A DNA stretch of 64,000 nt, from contig NIVC01000067.1 in assembly GCA_002269645.1 (NCBI GenBank), positions 744,001-808,000 of the forward strand. The letters are read 5' to 3'. Under the pieces are notes generated by a model, which saw only the letters and a list, made by a program, of their open reading frames with translations, was not told where the DNA came from and did not search any database. Source of the stretch: Macrostomum lignano (lineage: Eukaryota). The translations under genes were made by a program, and so were the position numbers. Positions 38,516 to 52,355 of the stretch are shown here, piece after piece (the first letter of the stretch is position 1; each line of letters begins with the position of its first letter).

Positions 38516-41500
38516 CTTAAAAACAGGTTTTGGGCGAAAATGTTGTTGCAATATATAAGCAAGCTTTTTAAAATTGAAAATGATAAAAACAAAACCTCAG
38601 ATTATGAAAGCAGCAATCTGAACAGAAGCTTGATAGGAATAAAAACGATTAGGTCAATAGGGCAAGCAGGGTCAGCCGAGCCATCACAGGACATGTGTGA
38701 TTAACTGCATAATACACTTATTCATTAGCAGGTTTATCAATGCATTATGCAGAGTAACCACACAGTCACAGGTGATGAATTTTTTAATACCTTTTAGTAT
38801 ATAATATTTTCTAAGCTTGCAGTGCAATGACTCAAATTTCGTGAACAACCTGCATAATAGATTATGTAAATAGTTTAGTTATTATCATGACAATCCAATT
38901 CTGCAAGTTGGTTTGCACGACACTTGAGTCAGTTATCTTGTATATGGATTAACAAAATTTTAATAACTTACCTTAACATTTTTCTTAGTTACAATGTATC
39001 CAATATGATTATGTATCCAGTTAAATATATAGAGATAGTAAAATAGCAGACATTTGGAAGAAAAAACAATAATGTACATTGTTAGATAATGCCTAAGTTA
39101 TTCCTTTAACTTTATGAACAAAAAATTGGCCTAAATATCATTTATATTTATATCATAAAATGCTAAAGCCTTTTTAATAGTAAATCTAGTCTATCTATTC
39201 AGCTTTTAAAAGTTCATTTTGCATTTTGCTTCATGATATCAGACAAAAATGATAGAATTAACATATCCAAATTGAGTCAAAATGGTTTTAAATTTTTATC
39301 ATATCATTTCTATTCTAGCAGAGATCATTTAACATATTTATTTAAATGCTCACAAACAATTTTTAAATCCTATATATCAACTGAGATATAAGTATACATG
39401 TACAATTTAGGCAATATAGTATTGAAAGGTAATTAACTTCTTTATATCTAGTGGTCATTCAAGAATATCTTCATCTAGCATAAAGTCAAATTAAATAAAA
39501 AACAAGATATGACTTAATATATATACTTAATAGTCAAAAGTTCCACTCCCTATATATTATGTATAAAGCTACAGAGACAAGTTTCTTATTTAAAATTCAA
39601 CCTACAAGTATAAATTAAGCAACCATGCTGAAAACTAAGGATTATGCTCATCACAATAAATAACAATATTTTTTTTAATACTAGCTATTTTTTATTATGC
39701 CTCTAGTTTTAAGCAATCTAAAATATGAAAAAAGTTGACTTACACTCATATATAGAGGATGATTTTTATATATAGAGATAACACTTGACCATAAGTTGAA
39801 TATAAGTATATTTAGGTAATGCAACATTTCAACAAGTAGCCATGTAGCTTATAGAATTTATATAAAATATTCATTATGCAGCTATGAGAATAAATTCTAT
39901 TGATGTATACAAACACTTTGTATAAATGTTATCACATATAATTTTACTCTCTTTTACTTGAAAAAGACTAATTTATTTTCTAGTTTAAAAAGATCAAGAA
40001 AATAGTCAAAAGTATTGATAATAATGACTAAATACAAGTCACAATTTAGCATAGAAATCATGACCAAAATTAAAATTGAATATTGCTAATTAAAACCAAA
40101 ACTTTGCTAAAAACTAATATTAGATAAACCTAACAATCTGCATTAAATAAAGCATCTAAAATGCAATAAAGGCCTATATCATTTGAAACTTCAAGGCTTT
40201 AGCATAAGCTTATAACCATAAGCCCCTAAAATTATTCCAAGAATTTCAAAATTAATTCACCATCCTATCAGTGATATATCCAAACATTTGGATTTGAAAT
40301 CCAATTCAGATTTAAAATGTCTCTGTTCTTAGAAATACAAATGTTTTGGATTTAGAAATTTTATTTTCTGAATATTTCTGAATATGCTTTCAAATATGAA
40401 AAAAAATGAAGAAACATAAACAAATTAAAATGTAAAAGAAAAAACTTTTGAAATAAGAAAGTACAAAAAATCAGAAAAATACATTTTATATTATATTATT
40501 CATTTTTGCAGTAACATATTTTAAAGAAAGTTATAGAAAGTAAATTTACTTTTTGTAATCATTGTTAAGTGCAAACATTAATGGTTTTTTTTCAAAATGT
40601 ACATGCATGGACTTACAATAAAGTTCTTAAATTGCACAAATATAATATCAGTTATTATTAGTAATTAGAATTAGTTAGATTACTTATATAAGAATTAAGA
40701 TCAATTCAAACTTATTTACTCTTTACTAAGTTTTAATTCTTGCAATTTCACTTGAAGAGTAGACTAGTTGTGCTTAGATCACTAATTAGATGACAAAGCA
40801 TTTTCATTACTTAAAAGTGTCATAGTTACTCCCACCATTTATCTTTTACCTTTTACTTACATTTGGAAACATTTGGACATTTGGATTTGAAACTATTTTG
40901 TAATTTGGATTTGGTTTTGGAAACTCGAAAAATCAATATTCAGTCTATAACTATATAATCAAGTTTATGCTCAAAAAAACCAAATGACAAATTACATATA
41001 TATTGTAATATATATAGACATTATCAAAAGGCATTGCAATAATGAAGGACCTTTTTTGCATTTCAACAATATAGGAATATAAGACCCTTTCTTGCATATA
41101 AAAACTAAGACTAAGACTAAATAAAATTTTAGTCTTTGTATACCAATAGCTATGCCAATAGCTATGCTATATATTAGCTCTATAGCATAATTTTCTAGTA
41201 GGCTTTTTGTCCACCAGATACTTTATACCAATAATTCTTTTCAGATCCATTGTAGGGTATGGTCAAAATCATCATATTCTAAATTGTCATATGATGATGA
41301 CAACTTAGCCAATCCATAAGATTTTACAATTTGAATATGACAAATTCATCAAATTTCTTGGAATTAAAACTAAATTAAACAAAATAACATGTTCTGCCTT
41401 AAAATAAATTAAAGCACATTTTTATAACAGCTAAGGAATAATATCTTAAATAAAGTTTAAAAATATGATTGCTTCTAATTATAAAGTTATCAAACTGTTA

Positions 41501-42120
41501 CAAGGCAATATTTCTATCATTTATTCGTAGTTAAACCCAAAGAATATCAAGCTAATATTAGCTTAGTATTCTTTAGTTAAACCTTGAAATTTAGCTAGAC
41601 TATTAACTTTAATATAGGAATTAGTCCAAGGCTTTGCATCTTTTAAGCAGATAATAACAATATAATTTTAAGTTGAGAATCATTTTGTTGGCAAGCAATA
41701 ATATGTTACTACTAATGAGAGCAGATCCTTGTGCAGCCAATGAAATATAATATGATGATTTAGTGAATCCAGCATTGTCTAAATGCAGAGACGATGACAA
41801 ATTTGATAATTTAGATTTATTTTTTTTTCATAACCCATATAAATGAGTCTATGATAATCTCAAATATGATAATTTCGGCTGGAGCCCCATTGTATGGCTA
41901 TATGCTAGAATTTTCTGGCATATATATATAAGATTTGGGAGTGGGGAAGTAGTAGATAGTTTTTACACATAAGAAAGTTCCCTCTTGCATAAAAAATAAG
42001 CACCAGAAAAAATGAGGGCAATATTTTCATTCATTGCGTTCAATTATTTTGACATGAAAAAATAGTAGAATATACAAAGTCATTTCTCATTAGAGTGTCA
42101 ATAGTAGTGCCAAACTCAAT

Positions 42121-42235
42121 ATAGGAAGTTCCTAAACACTTTTGGCGATGGGAAGAGGTGGCGCCATAGATACTCATTGAGGTGGGTATCAAACCGGCGA
42201 AATAGTTTACTAATTTAAGCATTCCCTCCATTAGT
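42121..42235 (-). mobile_element. possible Merlin/ISXO2-like transposase C-terminal remnant
   Basis: Minus frame RRFDTHLNEYLWRHLFPSPKVFRNFL resembles the Merlin YLxEFxWR motif. EGM lies just upstream in another frame. Confidence 0.4.
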
Positions 42236-43627
42236 CAAAGTTTAATAGTTTAAACATTAGTCAACAACATCACACGAATGATTCCCAAGGACGACTAGCT
42301 TCCATGAGGTAGGTAGGTAAGTAAGTGGCTCAGGCAAGAAGCCTGTTTGACCAATATATTTCAATGTCTTTAATAATACTTCAAGAGTAGAAGGAAATAT
42401 TTATGCATAGAGGTACGAGTTTTCTCCTAAATTAACTTTTTTAAATTTTGTAAAGGAAGGAATACAAAAAAATCGAATTGTTGTGTAAAAAATTCGAAAT
42501 AACTGTAACTGTTTGTATTTCATTAGTATTTTTTAGCGTAGCATATTTTAAGCAAAAATGAATAAACCTAGACGTTCATCTTTGTTTTAATACACTGTAA
42601 GTGTAAATTAAAATTTCGAGGCGTGCGTTCATTACATCGTTTTTCAATTTTCGCATGTCGGCGAAAGATTACGTGGCATGTCTGCTTTTTCGAAACAAAA
42701 TTTGGTGCAGCAACGATTATGACGCTTTAAGTTCTTAAAACAATTAAACAATTAACAATTAAAACAATTATACATACAAAAAATGATATTTCATTACAAC
42801 TCTTTGTATAACTTATTCACATTGTATTATTAAAAGAACTAACTTCAAAAGTTTTGTAGCTACTTTTTACTTTTTCTTTTAAATATTTCTAGTTGTTTTG
42901 TCTATTAGTAGACAATATGTGGCAGAAAAAATGATTGCATACCAAACAAATTCTTTTTCAAATTGATTTGAGTTTTGGTTAAAGTTAAAGGATCAACATT
43001 CTTTACCTATAGGCCTAACAAACCTTTGCCTAGATAAATAGATTTTTCATTAGAGCTAAGGCCTAATTAGAATCAGTGTTACATATTAGACCATTAATAG
43101 ATGTTAATGAGAATTAAAGATTTTTCATTAACTTTAATAGACTGACATTTAGATTTTTTGCATTAATGCCAATAGATTAACAAACTTATGTTAGGCCCTA
43201 TACTTTGGAAAGCATATATCATATTGAAAAATTCTAGCATGCATTTAGTTTCGCTTGCTATCTGTGGGATGCTTGCTATCTGCAGTTAGTTACTCTTGGA
43301 AGGGGGGTGCTTGCTATCTGGGGATGTTTTCTATTTAGGGGGAACGTCTGTTATCTTTGTGAAGGCTTTGTTTTGTCGTCTTTGTTGATTTTAGAAAAAA
43401 AGAGGTTCATATCAAATATCTTTGTCCGTGACAATTTTACTCGAATAAGGTGATTTATAAAACTGAAGAAGGAATTGATTCCTAAAAAATGTGCTTTGGA
43501 TGGATTTGCATGAATAATGTTTGTTCCTTGCTTATTGGGCGCCCTGAAGGGTGCACTAGATTGCCAATTTGTATCTAAATTCTAAATTAGCATTCTGACA
43601 TGTCCCGCACATGCCAACTCCCTACAG

Positions 43628-46600
43628 TGTGGACCCATTCCTAAAAAAAGAATGGTACGACCTCAAGGCGCCATTTATGTTCGAGAAGCGCTCCTGCGGA
43701 AAGACCCTGATGACCCGTAGTGCCGGCACTCGGCTGGCCAGCGACTCGCTGAAAGGCCGCGTATTAGAATATGTCGCTTGGCGATTTGAAAACCAACGAT
43801 AACGACTCGGCATTCCGCAAATTTAAACTGCAAGTCGAATTGGTCCAAGGCAAGCATTGTCTGACCAATTTCTACGGCATGAACCTGACTAAGGACAAGC
43901 TGTGCACTCTGCTCAAGAAGTGGCAGTCTACTATAGAGGCCCACGTGGACGTCAAGACCGCTGACGGCTACTTGCTGCGCTTCTTTGTCATCGGATTCAC
44001 TAAGAAGCGAATGAACCAGATTTAAGAAGCACGCCTATGCCCAGTCTACTCAGGTTAGTGAAATTTGGCCCTAGTTAGTGAGATAATGGAGTCTTTAATT
44101 AAAATAGTGGCATCTTCGATTAAGATAATGGCCTCTTTGATTGTTAAGAAATGGCGTCTGACATTGAGATAATGGCATCTTTGTTTCTTAACGAATGGCG
44201 CCTCAGATTGAGATAATGGCATCCTTAATTCTTAACAAATAGCGCCTCACATTGAGATAATGGCATCCCTGATTCATGACAAATGGCGCCTCACATTGAG
44301 ATAATGGCATCTTTGATTCTTTACAAATGGCGCCTCACATTGAGATAATGGCATCCCTGATTCATGACAAATGGCGCCTCACATTGAGATAATGGCATCT
44401 TTGATTCTTTACAAATGGCGCCTCACATTGAGATAATGGCATCCCTGATTCATGACAAATGGCGCCTCACATTGAGATAATGGCATCTTTGATTCTTAAC
44501 AAATGGCGCCTCACATTGAGATAATGGCACCTTTGATTCTTTACAAATGGCGCCTCACATTGAGATAATGGCATCTTTGATTCTTAACAAATGGCGCCTC
44601 ACATTGAGATAATGGCATCTTTGATTCTTAACAAATGGCGCCTCACATTGAGATAATGGCATCTTTGATTCTTTACAAATGGCGCCTCACATTGAGATAA
44701 TGGCATCTTTGATTCTTAACAAATGGCGCCTCACATTGAGATAATGGCATCTTTGATTCTTAACAAATGGCGCCTCACATTGAGATAATGGCATCTTTGA
44801 TTTCTAACAAATGGCGCCTCACATTGAGATAATGGCATCTTTGATTCTTAACAAATGGCGCCTCACATTGAGATAATGGCATCTTTGATTCTTAACAAAT
44901 GGCGCCTCACATTGAGATAATGGCATCTTTGATTCTTTACAAATGGCGCCTCACATTGAGATAATGGCATCTTTGATTCTTTACAAATGGCGCCTCACAT
45001 TGAGATAATGGCATCTTTGATTCTTAACAAATGGCGCCTCACATTGAGATAATGGCATCTTTGATTCTTTACAAATGGCGCCTCACATTGAGATAATGGC
45101 ATCCCTGATTCATGACAAATGGCGCCTCACATTGAGATAACGGCATCTTTGATTCTTTACAAATGGCGCCTCACATTGAGATAATGGCATCTTTGATTCT
45201 TTACAAATGGCGCCTCACATTGAGATAATGGCATCTTTGATTCTTTACAAATGGCGCCTCACATTGAGATAATGGCATCTTTGATTCTTTACAAATGGCG
45301 CCTCACATTGAGATAATGGCATCTTTGATTCTTAACAAATGGCGCCTCACATTGAGATAATGGCATCTTTGATTCTTAACAAATGGCGCCTCACATTGAG
45401 ATAATGGCATCTTTGATTTCTAACAAATGGCGCCTCACATTGAGATAATGACATCTTTGATTCTTAACAAATGGCGCCTCACATTGAGATAATGGCATCT
45501 TTGATTCTTAACAAATGGCGCCTCACATTGAGATAATGGCATCTTTGATTCTTAACAAATGGCGCCTCACATTGAGATAATGGCATCCCTGATTCATGAC
45601 AAATGGCGCCTCACATTGAGATAATGGCATCTTTGATTCTTAACAAATGGCGCCTCACATTGAGATAATGGCATCTTTGATTCTTTACAAATGGCGCCTC
45701 ACATTGAGATAATGGCATCTTTGATTCTTTACAAATGGCGCCTCACATTGAGATAATGGCATCTTTGATTCTTAACAAATGGCGCCTCACATTGAGATAA
45801 TGGCATCTTTGATTCTTTACAAATGGCGCCTCACATTGAGATAATGGCATCCCTGATTCATGACAAATGGCGCCTCACATTGAGATAATGGCACCTTTGA
45901 TTCTTTACAAATGGCGCCTCACATTGAGATAATGGCATCTTTGATTCTTTACAAATGGCGCCTCACATTGAGATAATGGCATCTTTGATTCTTAACAAAT
46001 GGCGCCTCACATTGAGATAATGGCATCTTTGATTCTTTACAAATGGCGCCTCACATTGAGATAATGGCATCTTTGATTCTTAACAAATGGCGCCTCACAT
46101 TGAGATAATGGCATCTTTGATTCTTAACAAATGGCGCCTCACATTGAGATAATGGCATCTTTGATTTCTAACAAATGGCGCCTCACATTGAGATAATGGC
46201 ATCTTTGATTCTTAACAAATGGCGCCTCACATTGAGATAATGGCATCTTTGATTCTTTACAAATGGCGCCTCACATTGAGATAATGGCATCCCTGATTCA
46301 TGACAAATGGCGCCTCACATTGAGATAATGGCATCTTTGATTCTTAACAAATGGCGCCTCACATTGAGATAATGGCACCTTTGATTCTTTACAAATGGCG
46401 CCTCACATTGAGATAATGGCATCTTTGATTCTTAACAAATGGCGCCTCACATTGAGATAATGGCATCTTTGATTCTTAACAAATGGCGCCTCACATTGAG
46501 ATAATGGCACCTTTGATTCTTTACAAATGGCGCCTCACATTGAGATAATGGCATCTTTGATTCTTAACAAATGGCGCCTCACATTGAGATAATGGCATCT

Positions 46601-47237
46601 TTGATTCTTAACAAATGGCGCCTCACATTGAGATAATGGCATCTTTGATTTCTAACAAATGGCGCCTCACATTGAGATAATGGCATCTTTGATTCTTAAC
46701 AAATGGCGCCTCACATTGAGATAATGGCATCTTTGATTCTTAACAAATGGCGCCTCACATTGAGATAATGGCATCTTTGATTCTTAACAAATGGCGCCTC
46801 ACATTGAGATAATGGCATCCCTGATTCATGACAAATGGCGCCTCACATTGAGATAATGGCATCTTTGATTCTTTACAAATGGCGCCTCACATTTAGATAA
46901 TGGAATCCCTGATTCATGACAAATGGTGGCCTCACATTGAGATAATGGCATCTTTTCCCAACCACAGGTTCGCCGCATCCGTCGCAAGATGCTGGAGATC
47001 GTGAATCGGGAGTGTTCAGTTGAGCTGAAGGACGTGGTGAACCGGCTGATCCCAGACAGCATCGGCCGCAAGATTGAGAAGGCTGCCGGCTCAATCTTCC
47101 CGATGCACGACGTTCACGTGCGCAAAGTGAAAGTGTTGAGAAAGCCGAAGGCAGAACTGGGCAAAATTATAGAGCTGCATGGTGTGAAAGTCGCCCGGCT
47201 GGATGGGTACGAGCCGCCCGTGCTCAAGTCCGTGTGA
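43628..47237 (+). pseudogene. RPS3A: 40S ribosomal protein S3a (eS1) copy; exons 43628-44053 and 46968-47237; two +1 frameshifts (about 43765 and 44022); first exon not found
   Basis: [43 protein letters not shown] and DGYEPPV are all present. Introns fall at V|VDPF and Q|VR. The frameshifts could be assembly errors. Confidence 0.85.
44100..46952. repeat. 44-bp minisatellite, about 64 copies (GGCGCCTCACATTGAGATAATGGCATCTTTGATTCTTAACAAAT), making up nearly the whole RPS3A intron
   Basis: Seen directly. Confidence 0.97.
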
Positions 47238-47504
47238 GCACGGCGTCATCATGTTTAACATTTTCCGCCTGTCTTGTGGAGTTCTGTTGCAATAGAAAAT
47301 ATTTTACCTGAGCAAATACACGCAAATGCTCTGTTAGCCTGTTTTAAGGCTTTGAGCTATGCAGATTTAGCCTTGGAGACAAATTTCGCTGAATTGACTT
47401 GAATTACTGCGAGATTTATTGTATACTGCTAAAAAGTAGCATAAATGGCACACATCAGCTTCTGAGCAGCCAATTAGGTCTGAAATTCTTAATCCATCAG
47501 GACC

Positions 47505-47850
47505 TGGTCCTGAAGACTCCATGAGGTGTAAATTCATCAGGACCTGAAGACTCCATGAGATGTGAGTCCATCAGGGCCTGAAGACTCCATGAGACGTGAG
47601 TCCATCAGGGCCTGAAGACTCCATGAGATGTGAGTCCATCAGGGCCTGAAGACTCCATGAGACGTGAGTCCATCAGGGCCTGAAGACTCCATGAGATATG
47701 AGTCCATCAGGGCCTGAAGACTCCATGGGGCTTGAATCCATCAGAGCCTGAAGACTCCATGAGGTGTGAGTCCCTCAGGGCCTGAAGACTCCATGAGGTG
47801 TGTCCCTCAGGGCCTGAAGACTCCATGAGGTCTCACCCCATCAGTGCCTG
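47505..47850. repeat. 34-bp repeat (TGAAGACTCCATGAGACGTGAGTCCATCAGGGCC)
   Basis: About 10 copies with an internal GACTC/GAGTC inverted repeat. Confidence 0.92.
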
Positions 47851-48579
47851 AAGCTTCTAATCAAATTAGGAATTAAATTAAGAATATACCTGCGTTTTAC
47901 TTTCCCAAGCAACCAAAACTGGTTTTTAAAGATGTTAAACACACGCGGCTATTGTTTAAATTGAATGGTATCTTTGCACAGTCTCACTCAAAGGTGGCAT
48001 TTTGGTGCCTGGATAATTAATTACCTTATAAGTCAGATAAGTTAATGAAAACGTCACAGTGACTAGACAGCATGTGGGACCCTATTTTTTATTTAAGGGG
48101 ACACAACGTGCAGTGGGCTACAATTATTTACAATATGTCAGCTTAAAGTGCTTTGAGGTAATTATTTTCCAAATTTGCGGAAATTAATCTCGGGTATGAC
48201 ATTCCTAAAATTTTACTGCCAATAGTTTAATCAAACACTTCATTTATGATCATAAAATGGTGGGGGCGTTGTAAAAATGAAACAGAATTCCGCGTAAATT
48301 ATTATTACATGTAACAGCATTTACCTCAGCCAAACAATGAACGAGTGTAGTGAGTAGCGATAAAAGTTTTCTCACTTTGAGTTCGACTTGTTCTCACCTA
48401 TTAAGCAACTCCAAGTAAGCCACACATGCACTCTAATTAATCGATGAAGCTTTTCCAAGGATGCTGCATATGTGCGAGCGAGCATGCGAATTTTCATCAC
48501 CGGATGGAGCAATGTCAAAAAGGATGATTTATGAGTCTGTGAATGAAAAAACCTTATCAACAGTGATCCATGCTTGATT

Positions 48580-50000
48580 GCAACTGTCTAACATCTAATC
48601 TGGGTTGTAGATCAACTGTCTTACATCTAATCTGGGTTGTAGATCAACTGTCAGACATCTAAACTGGGTTGTAGACCAACTGTCTGACATCTAAACTGGG
48701 TTGTAGACCAACTGTCTGACATCTAAATTGGGTTGTAGACCAACTGTCTGACATCTAATCTGGGTTGTAGATCAACTGTCTGACATCTAAACTGGGTTGT
48801 AGACCAACTGTCTGACATCTAATCTGGGTTGTAGACCAACTGTCTGACATCTAAATTGGGTTGTAGACCAACTGTCTGACATCTAAACTGGGTTGTAGAC
48901 CAACTGTCTGACATCTAAACTGGGTTGTAGACCAACTGTCTGACATCTAAATTGGGTTGTAGACCAACTGTCTGACATCTAATCTGGGTTGTAGACCAAC
49001 TGTCTGACATCTAAATTGGGTTGTAGACCAACTGTCTGACATCTAAACTGGGTTGTAAATCAACTGTCTGACATCTAAATTGGGTTGTAGATCAACTGAC
49101 TGACATCTAATTTGGGTTGTAAATCAACTGTCTGACATCTAATCTGGGTTGTAGATCAACTGACTGACATCTAATCTGGGTTGTAAATCAACTGTCTAAC
49201 ATCTAATCTGGGTTTTAGATCAACTGTCTAACATCTAATCTGGGTTGTAGATCAACTGCCAGGCATCTAAACTGGGTTGTAGATCAACTGTCAGGCATCT
49301 AAACTGGGTTGTAGACCAACTGTCAGGCATCTAAACTGGGTTGTAGATCAACTGTCAGGCATCTAAACTGGGTTGTAGACCAACTGTCAGGCATCTAAAC
49401 TGGGTTGTAGATCAACTGTCAGGCATCTAAACTGGGTTGTAGATCAACTGTCTAACATCTAATCTGGGTTGTAGATCAACTGTCTAACATCTAATCTGGG
49501 TTGTAGATCAACTGTCTAACATCTAATCTGGGTTTTAGATCAACTGTCTAACGTCTAATCGGGGTTGTAGATCAACTGTCTAACATCTAATCTGGGTTGT
49601 AGATCAACTGTCTGACATCTAAACTGGGTTGTAGATCAACTGTCTGACATCTAATCTAGGTTTTAGATCAACTGTCTGACATCTAATCTGGGTTGTAGAT
49701 CAACTGTCTGAAATCTAAACTGGGTTTTAGATCAACTGTCTGACATCTAAACTGGGTTGTAGATCAACTGTCTGACATCTAAACTGGGTTGTAGATCAAC
49801 TGTCTGACATCTAATCTGGGTTGTAGATCAACTGACTGGCATCTAATCTGGGTTTTAGATCAACTGTCTAACATCTAATCTAGGTTTTAGATCAGCTGTC
49901 TAACATCTAATCTAGGTTTTAGATCAACTGTCTGACATCTAATCTGGGTTGTAGATCAACTGTCAGGCATCTAAACTGGGTTGTAGATCAACTGTCAGAC
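48580..50000. repeat. 32-bp minisatellite (CAACTGTCTGACATCTAAACTGGGTTGTAGAT), about 44 copies
   Basis: Seen directly. It ends about 100 bp past the noggin stop codon. Confidence 0.96.
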
Positions 50001-50095
50001 CGAATAGTCGAGAGCAATACTTCCTCAGTCTTTCAGTGCTGACATGCAGTCAGCGGGGCGGTGCATCACCATTATCGGCAGCGCTGTGCCGCAGG

Positions 50096-52355
50096 TCAGC
50101 AGCGGCATGCGCAGGTCTGCAAGACGCTGACGCTCTGCTTCACCCAGCGACACTGGGAACGGCGCCAGCGCTTCGGGCACAGGTAGCGCAGCACCTGCAG
50201 CTGTCGGTGCCTCTCGGGCCTGCAGCGCATCCCCGGTGGAACGGAGCAGCTGCCGCCGTACTCGGAGCCGGCGCATTCGCCAGCGCGAAGCCAGCGCGGC
50301 CAGAATGCTTTGCCGAGGTCGCGCCACCACAGCCGTACGGGGCAGGCCGAGTACGCCCACAGGAATTTGCGCAGCTGGCGTTTCTGCTGGCGTTGAAGGA
50401 AGCGAAGCCGGAGGTGCCGGCCGTAGGGTAGGCGGACGGATCGGCGAGGCAGCAGCTGGCCGAGGCGGGGCAGCCGGCCGGGCATGCGCGGGTAGTCCAG
50501 CTCTTCGGTGTCCTCGGGCGCGTCAACTCGCATGTAGCTGGGCTGGTAGTTGTAGAAGCCTGGATTGGAGGATCGCGGTGCGTGGACTGCTGATGAGTTC
50601 TGTCATGGACAACTTACGATTGGATGTCCGGAACTCTTTTTATTTCCAGAGCGAAAACAACTTTCGCGTCAACCAATGTACTTGTAAAAGCGATGGTTTG
50701 TCTTTATAACAGGCTTGTACAAAACGTTATGTGAAACGATAAACAGTAAAAACACAAAACTTCACACACTTACTCGTATTCTTCAGGAGGAGTCCAGGTC
50801 TTCCTTCCCATTTCAAATGGCTATTGTCTATTGTCTCATAAAAGGGGCATGTCAGGATCTTTAAAATCCATAAGATCCAGAGTAGCTACTTTAGAAGGTT
50901 AACTAAAAAGCAGCTAAAATTCTTTGCTACACTACTCACAAAAGACAAACCCGTATAGTAGTGCTAAACGAATGCTGCTGTATAAAAATTGGGTGGCACT
51001 GGAGAAAATGTCTATGGCATGAAACAGGTTTTGAAGCGAATGCCAAAGTTAAAAGCAGCGCAAGCAACCTGCAGAGGGTTGAAGATATCACAGGCAGAAG
51101 TTCGTGGCCAGCTGTTTTCTTTCGAACAAAAAGTAAATGGTGGGACATTTTTCAACAAAAAGCGACTCGCGGAAAGCCCCGATTGCACCTGACTGACTTT
51201 GCGCAGCCAGTCGGAGTCTCAGCACCGCACTGCACCACTGTTGCTGAGGGGGCGGTGCTCCTGTTTTGAAAGCGACCCTGCGTCAACAGGCCAGGAGGCG
51301 ATGCTATTAGTGGCCCACCAGAAGCATTCCAGCAGCGCAACTGGCGCGCATGTGAACTGTTCATGAGAGCCGTGCTTCATTTTTTCTCCCGCTGGGTCCA
51401 CGCCGCATTTGCGGCCCTCGAGTGCCACCCTCGGGCTTGAACGCTTTTCTTTGAAAGGGTCACCTATTGGCAGTTTAAACCTCACTTCTTGCTCAGTCAC
51501 CTAACACAGCATCACTGATCAGGCACTGACACAGCATCACTGATTAGGGATCAGGCACCTGACACAGCACCACTGATGAGGCACCTGACACAGCATCACT
51601 GATCAGACACCTGACACAGCATCACTGATCAGACACCTGACACAGCATCACTGATCAGGCACTGACACAGCATCACTGATTAGGGATCAGGCACCTGACA
51701 CAGCATCACTGATCAGAGGATTAAGCACTGACACAGCACCACTGATGAGGCACCTGACACAGCATCACTGATCAGACACCTGACACAGCATCACTGATCA
51801 GACACCTGACACAGCATCACTGATCAGGCACTGACACAGCATCACTGATTAGGGATCAGGCACCTGACACAGCATCACTGATCAGAGGATTAAGCACTGA
51901 CACAGAATCACTGATCAGGCACCTGACACAGCATCACTGATCAGACACCTAACACAGCATCACTGATCAGGCACTGACACAGCATCACTGATTAGGGATC
52001 AGGCACCTGACACAGCATCACTGATCAGGCACTCACCCAGCATCTCAAGCATCTGGCCTGGCCGCAGCAGCACTTCAGCGCGGTCAAACTCTTGCTCGTC
52101 AACAAGCGACGGCGAGGGCGGAGGCGGCCGCAGCACCCCGGACTCCCTCAGCGGATCGTAGCGAGTCGCCTGGTTGCTCCGCAGGCGGTGCCACATGGTT
52201 TCAGCCAGGCTGCGACTGTCGTTGACTGCCGTGCTGATCGCTGAGCCATCGCTGACCGCGGAAGGCGAACCAGCGGCCGCGGCAGCTTCGGCCACAAATG
52301 CTACTAGTAGCAGCAGCAGAAACGGCGACAAAGCTCGGGGCACAAACTGGGCCAT
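50096..52355 (-). CDS. NOG: noggin (BMP antagonist), 260 aa; exons 52355-52037 and 50559-50096
   Basis: Signal peptide, RPPPPSPSLVD, and a cystine knot LWAYSACPV.WRDLGKAFWPRWLRAGEC..SCSVPPGMRC..LRYLC..C.W..TCACRC* with 9 Cys. Phase-1 GT-AG intron. Confidence 0.95.
51495..52030. repeat. ~26-bp repeat (CTGACACAGCATCACTGATCAGGCAC) starting at the noggin donor
   Basis: Seen directly. Confidence 0.93.

Noticed and set aside
44100-46952. CRISPR-like regular array
   Set aside because: There are no unique spacers or cas genes, the DNA is eukaryotic, and the array lies inside an RPS3A intron.
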